DNA from: Octopus vulgaris
Lineage: Eukaryota
Direction of reading: 5' to 3'
DNA length: 64,000 bases
NCBI GenBank assembly: GCA_951406725.2
Contig: OX597840.1
Location: 11,222,001 to 11,286,000 of the forward strand
Position 1 is the first letter of the stretch; each line of letters begins with the position of its first letter. The notes below the pieces were generated by a model. It saw nothing but the letters and a program-made list of their open reading frames with translations. It was not told the origin of the DNA and did no database searches. The position numbers were made by a program, and so were the translations under genes. This document shows positions 12,563-26,113 of the stretch, in pieces.

Positions 12563-14100
12563 GTGTATGAAGAAATGGAGCTGAACGAAGATTTAACAAA
12601 ATTCCTTTTTATTATTTTCTACATATGTTTCAAAGGCTGCAAAGTCCCTAATTCAGATTGAATAAGGAGTCCATTTTGCAGCCTTCTCTTCAGGAAAATC
12701 CAGGAACTTAATTCTCCAAACAAAATGCACATCAAGCTGTTCGACACACGCTCGCGAGGAGCCCATGGGATAAATGGCACAAAACTGTCTCTCAATATGG
12801 GTGAACGCCGACGAAAAAGTCCGTTGAGATAAGTCAGGTCAAAATCCGGCCAATAGGGGGGAGGGTTATAGGAAAATCAAAGAGTGAGAATGTATTCTGT
12901 ATGACTGGTGTTAATATTCGAATTGCTTTAAGAATGAGTGCTATGGTGTTTGGGTGTGAGAAATTGCCTACATGTATGTGTGTGTGTGCGCCTGTGTATG
13001 TGTAGCAGTGTGTTTAGAAGGCTGCGAGGGAGAGAGGAATATATAGCAGCTATTAATGGTCAAGCAGCTGAAATAAACTGTGTCTGTGTGTTCGTCTGTG
13101 ACCAGTTGGTAGAGGGATGGAATGCCAACAAAGGGAAGATACAGTGACATCCCTGAAAGCGGTTCTAGATAAGTAGCAGTTCTTACGCTAATAGGGGAGT
13201 GATTTCCCCTTGCAAATTTAATTCAAAATTATTTTCTTTTCTTAGGAAATCAATGGGTTAACTATCTTAGACCTCATTGGAATGCAAGAAATGTGTGCCG
13301 CCTCCAGTGCGGGCATCTAAAAGAATTTTGCACAATCGAGTTAACAAGTTGCCCTCGGGCGAACAGAATATGAAATAGTTCTGAGTTGCAAAGATTACAG
13401 ATTCTTTTGCCTCTATCAAACGGTAAGGACACCGATAAAATCGACCATTTCAGACTAAAGGTTGAATTCGCGTTCTTCAAACGCCAGACTAATTTACTTA
13501 GTCCAGTAGCGTGTTGCTTTCCAAAATCGCGAAACGTTGAGAAATGGTTCGATATTCTAACAGCCAATTTCGATGATGAAGCTCCGATATACATGTAGAC
13601 ATCTTAATCAGTATAAACTGTGCACTGGCAAATGGCGTTTCTAATCTTGGAGTTACTAGATAAGAACCTTATTCTATTGGGATTGGTTTCCGATATTAAT
13701 ACGGCGTTCTTATTACTATGATGATTGTAAAAACTACGGCTGTCTTCGACATTATTAGCCCCATTGTCATTACTATTTAATGCAATATCGCCCGTATCCT
13801 CCCTGCCACTGAGAACGCTGTGATTGCTAATGTCCGTGATACTACTGTTGTTAAAACCGCTGCTAATATTGTTGTTGGGACTCCCTAGATTAATGACTCG
13901 ATAAGTGCTCTTATCCCTATTACCATTACTTACGTTAAAAACGCTACCATTGCTCTTATCCTTATTACTATTACTAACTCCAAGGCTACATGGAGGTTGC
14001 TAATATCTGTGCCAGTTCTATTATTATTATTATTAATACTGCGTGTTATGCTGGCATTAGACGGAGATGAGTCTCCGTTCGTGGGTGAGAGGGTCTTAGC
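12560..14100 (-). mobile_element. 5'-truncated Penelope-like retroelement (GIY-YIG endonuclease remnant plus 3' repeat with hammerhead)
   Basis: 13274-13640 reads ..AICQCTVYTD*DVYMYIGASSSKLAVRISNHFSTFRD..HATGLSKLVWRLK...KWSIL...CNLCNSE..HI...RCPH, typical of a PLE GIY-YIG C-terminus. Flanked by (TA)n on both sides; no RT seen. Confidence 0.8.
12614..12699 (-). ncRNA. Canonical minimal type I hammerhead ribozyme in the Penelope-like 3' region
   Basis: Minus strand: attttc-CTGAAGA-gaaggctgcaaa...tttgcagccttt-GAAA-CATATG-TA-gaaaat. Helix I 6 bp, helix II 12 bp, palindromic helix III loop, intact core. Confidence 0.85.
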
Positions 14101-14102
14101 AT

Positions 14103-14180
<78 letters not shown>

Positions 14181-15359
14181 CGTAGGAGTGACTTGCTTAC
14201 GAACCACATGGATCCGGATTCAGTCCCACTGCGTGGCACCTTGGGCAAATGTCTTCTACTATAGCCTCGGGCCGACCAAAGCCTTGTGAGTGGATTTGGT
14301 AGACGGAAACTGATAGAAGCCCATCGTATATATGTATATGTATACGCACACATACAGACTTATTCATAGCATACAAGATAAATTCTTGATTTTAAAAACT
14401 TTCTCACATTCCAGAGACGGTAGAACAATAGCCTGGTGGCATTTTGGTATGAAACCATTTTCAAATAAGAGAGTCAACCTCGGGAAACAAGAAATCTCCA
14501 ATACTGATATGACATTAAGAAGCAAATGCAAAAAAAAAACATTCTGGTTCATTTTCATTTTTCAACAACATACCACTGACCTCTCTTAGTTTCGTTTTGC
14601 TCATTTCCATCTTATTTATCCAAACAATCTATGCTATAACATGCATATGTAAACGGGTACATATATATATATATTTATAGATATATGTATACACATATAC
14701 ATATGTTATGGTAAAGATCACTGAAATCTGAGATTTAAAAAAGAAATATTTATTTTAATCGTAAGCAAAAGATTTTGCCGTTAGTACGAACGATAAAACA
14801 TCGAGAAGTCGGAGCTTATTGTTTTTAGGCTACGTATGGTATCGACTAGGCTGTCAAGATATAGGCTGGTCATTGTGCATCGCTATCGCAGTCTCTTCGT
14901 TGCTTTGGTGATGTCACAGCACTCTGGTCAACTGCTGTTTGTGCTGCTGTCTTCTGACGTCTGTCATCAGCCATCTGGTGTATGTTCGTTGCGATTAAAA
15001 TGCACTGAATAAACAGAAGCAGTGTGGCTCAGATAAAAATGTGCATCAAAGATGAAACTGTATTAGGTCCTGTTGCACACGAAGTCTTGAATGGTCAGAT
15101 TTTTTGATGACGTTGGTAATATTCTAGCGAATCACGATCGTAGCCTTGAATTTTCTGCTTTTTTTTTTCTGCATCGGATTTTGTGATTCGGGTTCGATTG
15201 CTAAATATTTTCTTCTACGCATACATATATCCATATATGCATATATATATATATCATGTAGGTTGATAAGTTAGTGAGTAGTTATAGAGGTAGACAGGTA
15301 TGTGTGCACGTATGCGCATATGCAGTTAGGTAGGTAGGAAAGTGTGTGTATACATGTTT

Positions 15360-15660
15360 GTATGTATGTATGTATGTATGTATGTATGTATTATGTATGT
15401 ATGTATGTATTATGTATGTATGCATGTATGTATGTATGTATGTATTATGTATGTATGTATGTATGTATGTATGTATGTATGTATGTATGTATGTATGAAT
15501 GTATGTATGTATGTATGTATGTATGTATGTATGTATGTATGTATGTATGTATGTATTATGTATGTATGTATGTATGTATTATGTATGTATTATGTATGTA
15601 TGTATGTATGTATGTATGTATGTATGTATGTATGTATGTATGAATGTATGTACGTATGTG
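15360..15660. repeat. (ATGT)n microsatellite
   Basis: Direct inspection. Confidence 0.95.
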
Positions 15661-15987
15661 GATAGACAGGAAGGTAGGTAAATAGGTAGGTAGGCACGTA
15701 GGTAGGTAAAGTGTCTCCAGTTACATCCGTATCTTGATTCCGTGGTAATATCCAGTTACGAAAGTGCTTTGAAGATAGTTCTGTCCAAATTCCTGGCTAT
15801 GGGCGTGGAGAGAATGTAGCTACTAACGCTAAAAACATACATAAGCTACATTCTGTGACCTTCGTGCCAACGCGTGTAGAACACGAAAAATCACTACTTA
15901 ATCTCGTCATACATACGCATCAACATAATGTATACAGACACATATATACGTATAAATATATATACTTACATGCTTATACATATATAC

Positions 15988-16083
<96 letters not shown>

Positions 16084-16102
16084 GTGTGTATACAGACACA
16101 TA

Positions 16103-16976
16103 CAAGGTGCGATGCGTAAATTGCCGCCATTTTATATTTTTAATTTCGTGCATGCGCATTGTTTGTTTTTGATTTTGTCGACGACACAGTATAGTAGGGT
16201 CAGTTGGGCACCGTCTGTGAGAAAAACAGTACCATGACGCGATTCACTCTGCCAGAAATTCGGAAACGACGTGCTGCACTGCTTGGCTTCGCACCGGAAG
16301 CTCCAATACGAACATTTGAGAGTGTTTGGGAGTCAATCTTGGGACAGTGCAATCCGAGGACATGTACGAAACAAAAAAATAAATCAAACATCTAGTCAAC
16401 ATCATGGTGTTTGAAGAGATCGCTAGTGATGGCGACGTTATACCTCCATTCATCTTCCCACACGGCCTCACACTCAACATCAAGTGCTTGGAGGAGGTAG
16501 TGCTGCCCTGGGTCAAGAAGGTGGCTGCTGGAAGACCCTATGCCTGGGAACATGACTCTGCACCATGCCACACAAGCAGGGAAACCCAGTCATGGCTGGC
16601 AAACAATATTTGCGACTACATCACCCCTAACATATGGCCACCTAACCCCACCAGACTGAAATCCCCTAGATTATTATGTGTGGGGTGCAGCTGAGCGAGA
16701 GACCAACAAAACTCCTTGCAAACCAAAGATGAACTGAAAGGAAGGGTTATGGTAGCATTCAGCAATTTAAACAAGGTGGCCGTCCAGAAGAGGTGCAGGA
16801 GGTTCCGAAGTCGTCTGGAGGCCGTGGTCGAAGCCAATGGCGATTTTATTGACTAAATTTATTCTTTAGTATTTCAAGATATTTTTATGTAATTTTGGTA
16901 AATATATCCGTTAAAATGAGATGTCAGTGTTATTTTCCTTTTTGCGCAATTTAAACATTTTATTCACTGCACCCTG
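16103..16976 (+). mobile_element. Internally deleted Tc1/mariner-superfamily transposon (maT/DD37D-like)
   Basis: Ends TA|caaggtgc...gcaccctg. Transposase remnant VFEEIASDGDVIPPFIF...WEHDSAPCHTS..TQSWL...WPPN..DYYVWG with frameshifts. Confidence 0.8.
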
Positions 16977-17023
16977 CTTTTTTCCTGTTGTCTTTTTTCC
17001 TCCGTTTTTTAATATAAATTTTA

Positions 17024-17091
<68 letters not shown>

Positions 17092-17121
17092 TATAAGTTT
17101 ATATATTATATATTCTTTTAC

Positions 17122-17164
<43 letters not shown>

Positions 17165-17778
17165 TTATATATATGTATATTTATGTATGTATGTATGCAT
17201 GTACGTATGTGTGTATGTATATGTATGAATGTATGTATGTATGTATGTATGTATGTATGTATGTATATGTATACCTGGCGGGATTCCGTCCAGTTTCCGT
17301 GTGGGTTTTGTAGTCGACACGTGAAGAGAGTGCCCTGCTTGCAACTACGTGTTTATGAAGAGAAATTCCTAAGCAGGCGACCAATTCGATACTTTTGTAT
17401 AATTAACACCAGAAAGCTTTGACTACCAATAATGTCAGTCTTCTATTAGACGGTGGAAATCGTAAAATTCTTCATCTTACATATTGTTAAAAACACTGTC
17501 CCCGCTCTTTTAAATAACCAAACAAAAAATACAATAGAACAGATAGGTGACATCCCCTATTTTTAATATATTTCTAAATTTTAGAGAAGACTTTCTGAAA
17601 ATGTCATTAAAACAAGGTTCTAGTAACATAGGCATACCTTTCGCAAACAAAACCGAAAGAAGATACAAGTCAACGTCATTCAAGTATGTTTGGACTTCAG
17701 CTGACGGAACTCCCTCCATTTTGTTTTAGGTTGGAAAGAAAGTCCTGTTGCATTTTCCACATCATTAGTTTGAGGGTA

Positions 17779-18556
17779 TTACTACCCACAAGGGGCTCAA
17801 CACAGAGTGGACAAACAAGGACAGACAAACGGGTTAAGTCGATTATATCGACCCCAGTGCGTAACTGGTACTTAATTTATCGACCCCGAAAGGATGAAAA
17901 GTAAAGTCGACCTCGGTGGAATTTGAACTCAGAACGTAGCGGCAGATGAAATACCTATTTCTTTACTACCCACAAGGGGCTAAACACAGAAGGGACAAAC
18001 AACGACAGACAAACGGGTTAAGTCGATTATATCGACCCCAGTGCGTAACTGGTACTTATTTAATCGACCCCGAAAGGATGAAAGACAAAGTCGACCTCGG
18101 CGGAATTTGAACTCAGAACGTAGCGGCAGATGAAATACCTATTTCTTTACTACCCACAAGGGGCTAAACACAGAGAGCACAAACAAGGACAGACAAACGG
18201 ATTAAGTCGATTATATCGACCCCAGTGCGTAACTGGTACTTATTTAATCGACCCCGAAAGGATGAAAGACAAAGTCGACCTCGGCGGAATTTGAACTCAG
18301 AACGTAGCGGCAGATGAAATACCTATTTCTTTACTACCCACAAGGGGCTAAACACAGAGAGCACAAACAAGGACAGACAAACGGATTAAGTCGGTTATAT
18401 CGACCCCAGTGCGTAACTGGTACTTATTTAATCGACCCCTAAAGGATGAAAGGCAAAGTCGACCTCAGCGGAATTTGAACTCAGAACATAAAGACAGACG
18501 AAATACCGCTAAGCATTTCGCCTGGCGTGCTAACGTTTCTGCCAGCTCACCACCTT
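17779..18556 (-). mobile_element. Head-to-tail tetramer of SINE family B (184-bp period)
   Basis: actacccacaaggggct recurs at 17781, 17965, 18149 and 18333. Only the last unit carries the full 5' head. Confidence 0.9.
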
Positions 18557-18559
18557 CAA

Positions 18560-18766
18560 GAGGTTATTAATCATATTGAGTGTTTCTTGCTTCGAAACCT
18601 GAATAACCTTTATGCCAAAGGGATTAACAAGTTACCAAATAGATGGGATTATGTTATCAATAATGAAAGGAAATATTTTGTTGATTAAATATATCGATTA
18701 ATCCCCCAAAAGTATTTATTTATTTCTCATCTTGAAATGCAACAGGGTTTACTCCCCAACCTAATA
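18560..18766 (+). mobile_element. Mariner transposase C-terminal remnant and right TIR
   Basis: LYAKGINKLPNRWDYVINNERKYFVD* followed by tttactccccaacctaaTA. Confidence 0.7.
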
Positions 18767-19018
18767 TAGATACGTGTGTGTGTATGTATGTGTGTGTATG
18801 TGCGCGCTTCATGGTCTGTGTGTGTGTGTATTCCCTTTGAACACAGTATATGACCAGTCTTTATTTTGTAGAATCCTTACTCACCAGAAACCCTATTCAC
18901 TAGAAACTATATATGGATAATCAATGGTCCCCTTTTTTTATATATATATTTCACATTGTTTTTCTTTCTTCCTTCCGTATTTTTTTCTTATCTTTCATTC
19001 CGATTTTTAAAAATTCTA

Positions 19019-19067
<49 letters not shown>

Positions 19068-19672
19068 TTCGTTTTCCTTCTCTTTCTCTCTCTCTCACTC
19101 TCTTCTGGGATCCTTTCCCATCTTTGTGACATTTCGTTCTCGTCTCATTTACAAACTATTTCGTCGTGTTGTCTTTCGCTACAATTACAACAAAATGGCG
19201 GCTATCTTATTACCATCACGCTGAGCCAGACGAAACTAAGACAAACGCAACACACCACATGATATAAACACACACACACATACACACATACACACACATA
19301 CACACATACATGCTCATAAGCCATAGCTTATGAATACATATATATGTATATTATATATATATATGCGTGTGCTTGTGTGTGTGTATTATATACATACACA
19401 CACATATATAAGCATATATACATATATACATACATGTATATATGCTATATGCATACTTATACTTATATATTTATACGTATACCTATGTAAATATTATATA
19501 TGTACATATATATATATGTGTATATGTATATATATTCATATGTATGTGTATGTACATTTGTATATATAAGTTTATATATACGTAAGTATATACACATATA
19601 TACATACATATATAAATGCATCTACACACACACACGCACGCACACACACATATATATGTATGTATATACATA

Positions 19673-19889
19673 CGAAGGGATGCTGAAAAGTTCCTGCCTT
19701 TGGGTAAAAGAAAATACAGGAGGATCATTTAATTATGATTTTATTCAACATATTCTCCTCTCAGATTCACACATTTATTGCAGTGGTCCTTCAGTTTTTC
19801 TAAGCTCCATAAAAAAATTCGTAAGATTTGGCCTCCAACGAGGCCTTCCACGAGAGCCTTAAAATGAGAAATTTTTCACACACCCCTCG
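19673..19889. mobile_element. Mariner-derived MITE
   Basis: TA|cgaagggatgctgaaaagtt...aatttttcacacacccctcg|TA. A related copy in opposite orientation lies at 36322-36537. Confidence 0.75.
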
Positions 19890-19917
19890 TATACGTATAT
19901 AAATATACACGTATATA

Positions 19918-19977
<60 letters not shown>

Positions 19978-20246
19978 GGAAAATTATTCCAAACTTACAG
20001 GGAAAAATTTAATTTTAGAAATACTAAATTAAATTTCACAAAATATAATATATATATATATATAAATTATAAATATATATATAAATTATATATATATATA
20101 TATATAACTTAGAAAAAAACACCTTTCATTATCATATCATCGTTATATGTTTTATCTTATATTTAATCTTTCTATAATATGTAATTTTCTAGATGGTATA
20201 ATTTAATTTTTCATCTTTGAATTGATGAAAGGTGTTTTTTTTTCTA

Positions 20247-20309
<63 letters not shown>

Positions 20310-20498
20310 TATTATATATACGCAGTTGACTGGTTCTGTGGGTCACCATCCATGTTGAAATCGTGTAAAACCAGGCAGATATATATTTTATTCCATTAAT
20401 AAAAATGCATAAAATTTGCTCAATTACTAATCGAAATGGAGATATTAAATACGATTATAAATTCTCGTATATTCCATCTTCTGTCTTTCATTTGCTGT

Positions 20499-20596
<98 letters not shown>

Positions 20597-20659
20597 TTGT
20601 TGTGTCTAGGTAGAATCATTATAGCCAATATAATTGACAGACGCACTGGTTCAATTCTA

Positions 20660-21335
20660 CACACAGAGGGGTCACCTGGTACTTATTTAATCGACCACGA
20701 AAAGACGAAAGGCGAAGAAGACCTCGGCGGAATTTGAACTTAGAACGTAGCGGCAGACGAAATACCGCTAAGCATTTCGCCCGGCGTGCTAACGTTTCTG
20801 TCAGCTCGCCGCCCTAAACGCTTTTTATTTCTTTATTGCCCACAAGGGGCGAAACATAGAGGGGACAAACAAGGACAGAAAAAGGGATTAAGTCGATTAT
20901 ATCGACCCCAGTGCATGACTGGTACTTAATTTATCGAATCCGAAAGGATGAAAGGCAAAGTCGACCTCGGTGAAATTTGAACTCAGAACGTAGAGACAGA
21001 CGAAATACCTATTTCTTTACTACCCACAAGGGGCTAAACACAGAGGGGACAAACAAAGACAGACATAGGTATTAAGTCGATTACATCGACCTCAGTGCGT
21101 AACTGGTACTTTTTTCATCGACCCCGAAAGGATGAAAGGCAAAGTCGACCTCGGCGGAATTTGAACTTAGACGGTAACGGCAGACGAAATACCGCTAAGC
21201 ATTTCGCCCGGCGTGCTAACGTTTCTGCCAGCTCGCCGCCCTCAAAGTTTTATATTTCTTTTTTGCCCACAAGTGGCTAAACATGAAGGGTACAAACAAG
21301 GACAGACAAAGGCGTGCTAACGTTTCTGCCAGTTC
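20660..21335 (-). mobile_element. Cluster of tandem SINE family B copies
   Basis: Repeated cores; the same gaaatacc|tatttctttactaccc junction (21002-21026) as in the 17.8-18.5 kb array. Confidence 0.85.
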
Positions 21336-21406
21336 GGGTGAGCACCATTGTCCAATAAAAATGCTTTCAATGGGTAAAAATTGAGGGCAGTTAATGCTTC
21401 ACTTAC

Positions 21407-21620
21407 ATATCCTCTGTTTTCGTGGTAGTCAGACAGGAGCACAATATGGTTGACCCCGTATTTATTATTGGCCGACGCCTATATATATGTATATCATATA
21501 TATATATATATTTATTAGTTTGGTCGTTTCAAAAGTGTTCCATTTTCCTTTGCCTTCGCTGTTTCTCTCCAGCTTCACTTTGCGCGTCCGAAGAGATTTA
21601 TTTGTCGATAGACAATTTAC
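21407..21620 (-). CDS. Penultimate (propeptide) exon of the myostatin-like gene, frameshifted as given
   Basis: Acceptor ttcttttccacccttgtttgtag|GTA. Reads VNCLSTNKSLRTRKVKLERNSEGKGKWNTFETTKLIN, then 31 nt of TA-rich sequence, then in the +1 frame ASANNKYGVNHIVLLSDYHENRGY|gtaagt (phase 0, joins KPYLEI). 214 nt is not a multiple of 3. Confidence 0.85.
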
Positions 21621-21778
21621 CTACAAACAAGGGTGGAAAAGAAACAGATGAATTGTGTTGTATTATATTAAACCATCTTAATATACCAATATAAATGTCT
21701 TTTATTATATCCCAAACACCATTTAAATATACCAATATATACTTGTTTTTGTTACGTTCAAAACATCATCTTAATATA

Positions 21779-21832
<54 letters not shown>

Positions 21833-21837
<5 letters not shown>

Positions 21838-22321
21838 GTTATCGCCATACTAATATGGCATTCTTATAAAAATAAGAATAAAGCTGTCCGCTTATTAGCT
21901 CCATGAGGCCATCGCCTTAAGTTAGCTATTTGATACACAAACTGTATCCATATAACCTTCGAACAAGGGAGGTCAGTCGCTCCACACTACTTGATCGACA
22001 GCTACAGACGCGTTTCGGGATATTGCCCCTTGTCAATGTAGCGTAGTCAGACCAGTAGGTGTCGCTTCCGACTATCTCTGTTCGAAGGTTTTATTTACCT
22101 AGTTTCGGTGGAATACATCCACTTGTTTTCAATAATAGAAATATTAAAATTACTAAGTCTCTCTAAAAGAGAACACGGCAGCGTTCCTGGAAATTAATAG
22201 TTATCGCCATACTAATATGGCATTCTTATAAAAATAAGAATAAAGCTGTCCGCTTATTAGCTCCATGAGGCCATCGCCTTAAGTTAGCTATTTGATACAC
22301 AAACTGTATCCATATAACCTT
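21833..22321 (-). mobile_element. 362-bp unit with 127-bp direct terminal repeat (retrozyme/pseudo-LTR-like)
   Basis: 21833-21959 matches 22195-22321. A hammerhead-like motif lies between them; (TA)n flank. Confidence 0.75.
22001..22042 (-). ncRNA. Hammerhead-like motif (variant core)
   Basis: gctaca-TTGACAA-ggg-gcaatat-ccc-GAAAC-GC-GTC-tgtagc. Perfect 6-bp helix I, palindromic ACGCGT helix III; core has U3/A8 instead of C3/G8. Confidence 0.65.
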
Positions 22322-22370
22322 ATATAGCAATAATAAATCTCTAAACGAGATATAAACAGTAACTGCTCTA

Positions 22371-22521
22371 TAACATAAGGGGCATCAGCCATCTGAATGT
22401 GGCTAGGGACAGGGCAAGCGGTGGGGGTGTTACTGATGATCGCCTGGGGCTAAATGCATCAGTAACACCCCCACCGCCCTGCCCTGTCCCTAGCCACATT
22501 CAGATGGCTGATGCCCCTTTG

Positions 22522-22525
<4 letters not shown>
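22371..22525. repeat. Foldback of the element family seen at 33185-33778
   Basis: About 65-bp arms aaggggcatcagccatctgaatgtggctagggacagggc..gggggtgttactgatg / catcagtaacaccccc..gccctgtccctagccacattcagatggctgatgcccctt. Confidence 0.85.
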
Positions 22526-23233
<708 letters not shown>

Positions 23234-23254
23234 GTATGTATGTATGTATATATA

Positions 23255-23773
23255 TTGGGTTGTCCGGAAAGTTCGTGCCGATTTATAGTAGCTTACCTTT
23301 CGACTTATTTTAGAACATGGTTGAGTCCATAAAATAGGATTTGACTACACCTCCATTTAGAGCACAGATTAAGCTATCTTTTCGTGGAATAAGGTTTATG
23401 TTCCTATGACCTGTGTTAATTTTGTAACCCTTTAAAATGTAAAAGTTCATTTTCGCCACTTGATGCTTTGGGAACCAGACAAAAATTGCTGCAGCTCGGC
23501 TGGGATGTGTTACCCCACCTTCCATATTCCCCAGATATTGCTCCTTCGGATTTTCACTTATTCGGGTCTCTGGATGACGTAAAAAGATACCTTGATGAAT
23601 TCTTTGCCATGAAACCACCTCAATTCTGGGAAAAGGGTATTTTCAAGTTAAAAGAAAGACGGAGACACATTGTGCAATAAAATGGTTCATATTTGGTTGA
23701 TTAAAAATGTAATGGCAAGTATTTATTGACCTTTTTCTTTCCTTTAAAAACCGGCACGAACTTTCCGGATAAC

Positions 23774-23777
<4 letters not shown>
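23255..23777 (+). mobile_element. Internally deleted mariner element
   Basis: TA|ttgggttgtccggaaagttcgtgccg...cggcacgaactttccggataacccaa|TA. Remnant TRQKLLQLGWDVLPHLPYSPDIAPSDFHLF...FWEKGIFKLKER. Confidence 0.92.
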
Positions 23778-23854
<77 letters not shown>

Positions 23855-23857
<3 letters not shown>

Positions 23858-24080
23858 ATGATAGATCGTTAGCTTCTACACGCATTTTTTTCTCTCCTTC
23901 TTTTTCCCTCCTTGTTTCTCTCCTTGTTTCTTTTCTGTGTATCTTTCTGTCGAAGAGCGTAAGCTCGAAACGTAAAAGACTTGTTCTATTTCTATTCCTG
24001 AGCGCCATACTAATACTTTTGCTTGTTTGTACTCCACCTGCCTTCGTCTTTTGTTTATTTTCGTAAACCTTCCCGTTATA
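23855..24080 (+). mobile_element. About 220-bp short element with hammerhead-like fold (family also at 40686-40900 minus and 54790-54985 plus)
   Basis: tcttt-CTGTCGA-a-gagc-gtaa-gctc-GAAAC-GTA-aaaga at 23942-23979; embedded in (TA)n. Confidence 0.65.
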
Positions 24081-24205
24081 TATATATAATTGTTAAGTTC
24101 TATGTTTCTAGTTTGATAATAGAGTTTATTATAAGTAAAATTATTATATTATTTATATCTTAAAAATATTGTTTAAATATTTCTGATTATATTTTAGATA
24201 TTTCA

Positions 24206-24278
24206 ATTACCTGAAGATTGACTATAACCATAACTCGAATTATTACGAATTGGACAGCCATGAAACGATCGTAGTGTT
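24206..24278 (+). ncRNA. Hammerhead motif in AT-rich short element (24090-24420)
   Basis: CTGAAGA (24211-24217)...GAAAC-GATC-GTA (24262-24273) with palindromic loop; helices I and II are eroded. Confidence 0.55.
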
Positions 24279-24587
24279 TTACTCATTATCTTTTATTAAA
24301 CTTTTAATACTTTTGATATATATTTAAAATAATATAAATTAATTAATTTTATGTATTGGCTTAAGTTTTTCACTGTTTGATTTGCCTAATAGTGGTTTTA
24401 TCTCTAATTTAATATAATATATATATATATATATATATCTTTTGTTTTGTCCCAAGTGCCATCTGAATATACTAATATATATTTGTCTTCTCGGCTTTAT
24501 AATGGAAATGATAAACATTTTACTAATTCTCTCAGGAAACACAATAATTCACAAGACATTTAGTTACGAAAGAATTAAGATACCTAC

Positions 24588-24736
24588 GTCAAGTACTGTG
24601 AACTCTTCTTCTTCTGCAGTCTGCACGGGTCGTAAATACAACCACAAAATGGCTTTCTTAATTGAATACATGTATGGTAAAAGCTTCAGTGAAAACTGGA
24701 ACGTATTTGTTAAGTTTGGGAAGGAAGTGTTTGACA
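24588..24736 (-). CDS. Propeptide exon of the myostatin-like gene
   Basis: Acceptor tttttcttctctttttcag|TG (phase 1). Reads SNTSFPNLTNTFQFSLKLLPYMYSIKKAILWLYLRPVQTAEEEEFTVLD|gtaggt (phase 0), matching myostatin FKFSSKI...VVKAQLWIYLRPV. 149 nt. Confidence 0.92.
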
Positions 24737-25176
24737 CTGAAAAAGAGAAGAAAAATTCTACGTTAGACGAAGTCCTCCATGTAATACCAACGGTTCTTGT
24801 TTGCATTTCTGGTTATGTATGGCGTTATTTTAATGAAAACAGAGCCCTGTAACAATAAAACGATTCGATTAATGTGCCCTGGAAGAGGTCACTTTTATCT
24901 AAAATCCATTTCAATGCATCTCTGGGCCACGAAACACTCTCTCTTTACTCTTTTACTTTTTTACTCTTTTACTTGTTTCAGTCATGTGACAGCGGCCATG
25001 CTGGAGCACCGCCTTTAATCGAGCACATCGACCCCGGGACTTATTCTTTTGTAAGCCCAGTACTTATTCTATAGGTCTCTCTTTTGCCGAACCGCTAAGT
25101 AACGGGGACATAAACACACCAGCATCGGTTGTCAAGCAATGCTAGGGGGACAAACACAGACACACAAACATACACA

Positions 25177-25214
<38 letters not shown>

Positions 25215-25220
<6 letters not shown>

Positions 25221-25435
25221 TAATCCAAACATGAAAACACAAAGAGAAAACACTACAACGCGAGGACGTGGAACAAATATAGTATTATTGGACGCTCAGG
25301 AAAGAAGGAAAGAAGGAGGGTTTAACGTTTCGAGCGGAGCTCTTCGTCGGAAACATAGAAGGAAAGATCCAGAGAAGGGAAGACAGAGGAAAAAAAATTG
25401 CCAACGGTGCACACGCGGTCACATTTTGAATGACC
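25215..25435 (-). mobile_element. About 220-bp short element with hammerhead-like fold (copy at 31550-31770 plus)
   Basis: gttt-CCGACGA-a-gagc-tcc-gctc-GAAACGTT-aaac at 25320-25354 (-) and 31633-31667 (+). Both lie inside the internal microsatellite of a family A SINE. Confidence 0.65.
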
Positions 25436-25444
25436 GGAAGGAAA

Positions 25445-26113
<669 letters not shown>

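Noticed and set aside
14364-14558. 64-aa ORF with hydrophobic N-terminus
   Set aside because: Short, no recognisable domain, no splice support.
24442-24852. 136-aa plus-strand ORF
   Set aside because: Antisense shadow of the real minus-strand propeptide exon.
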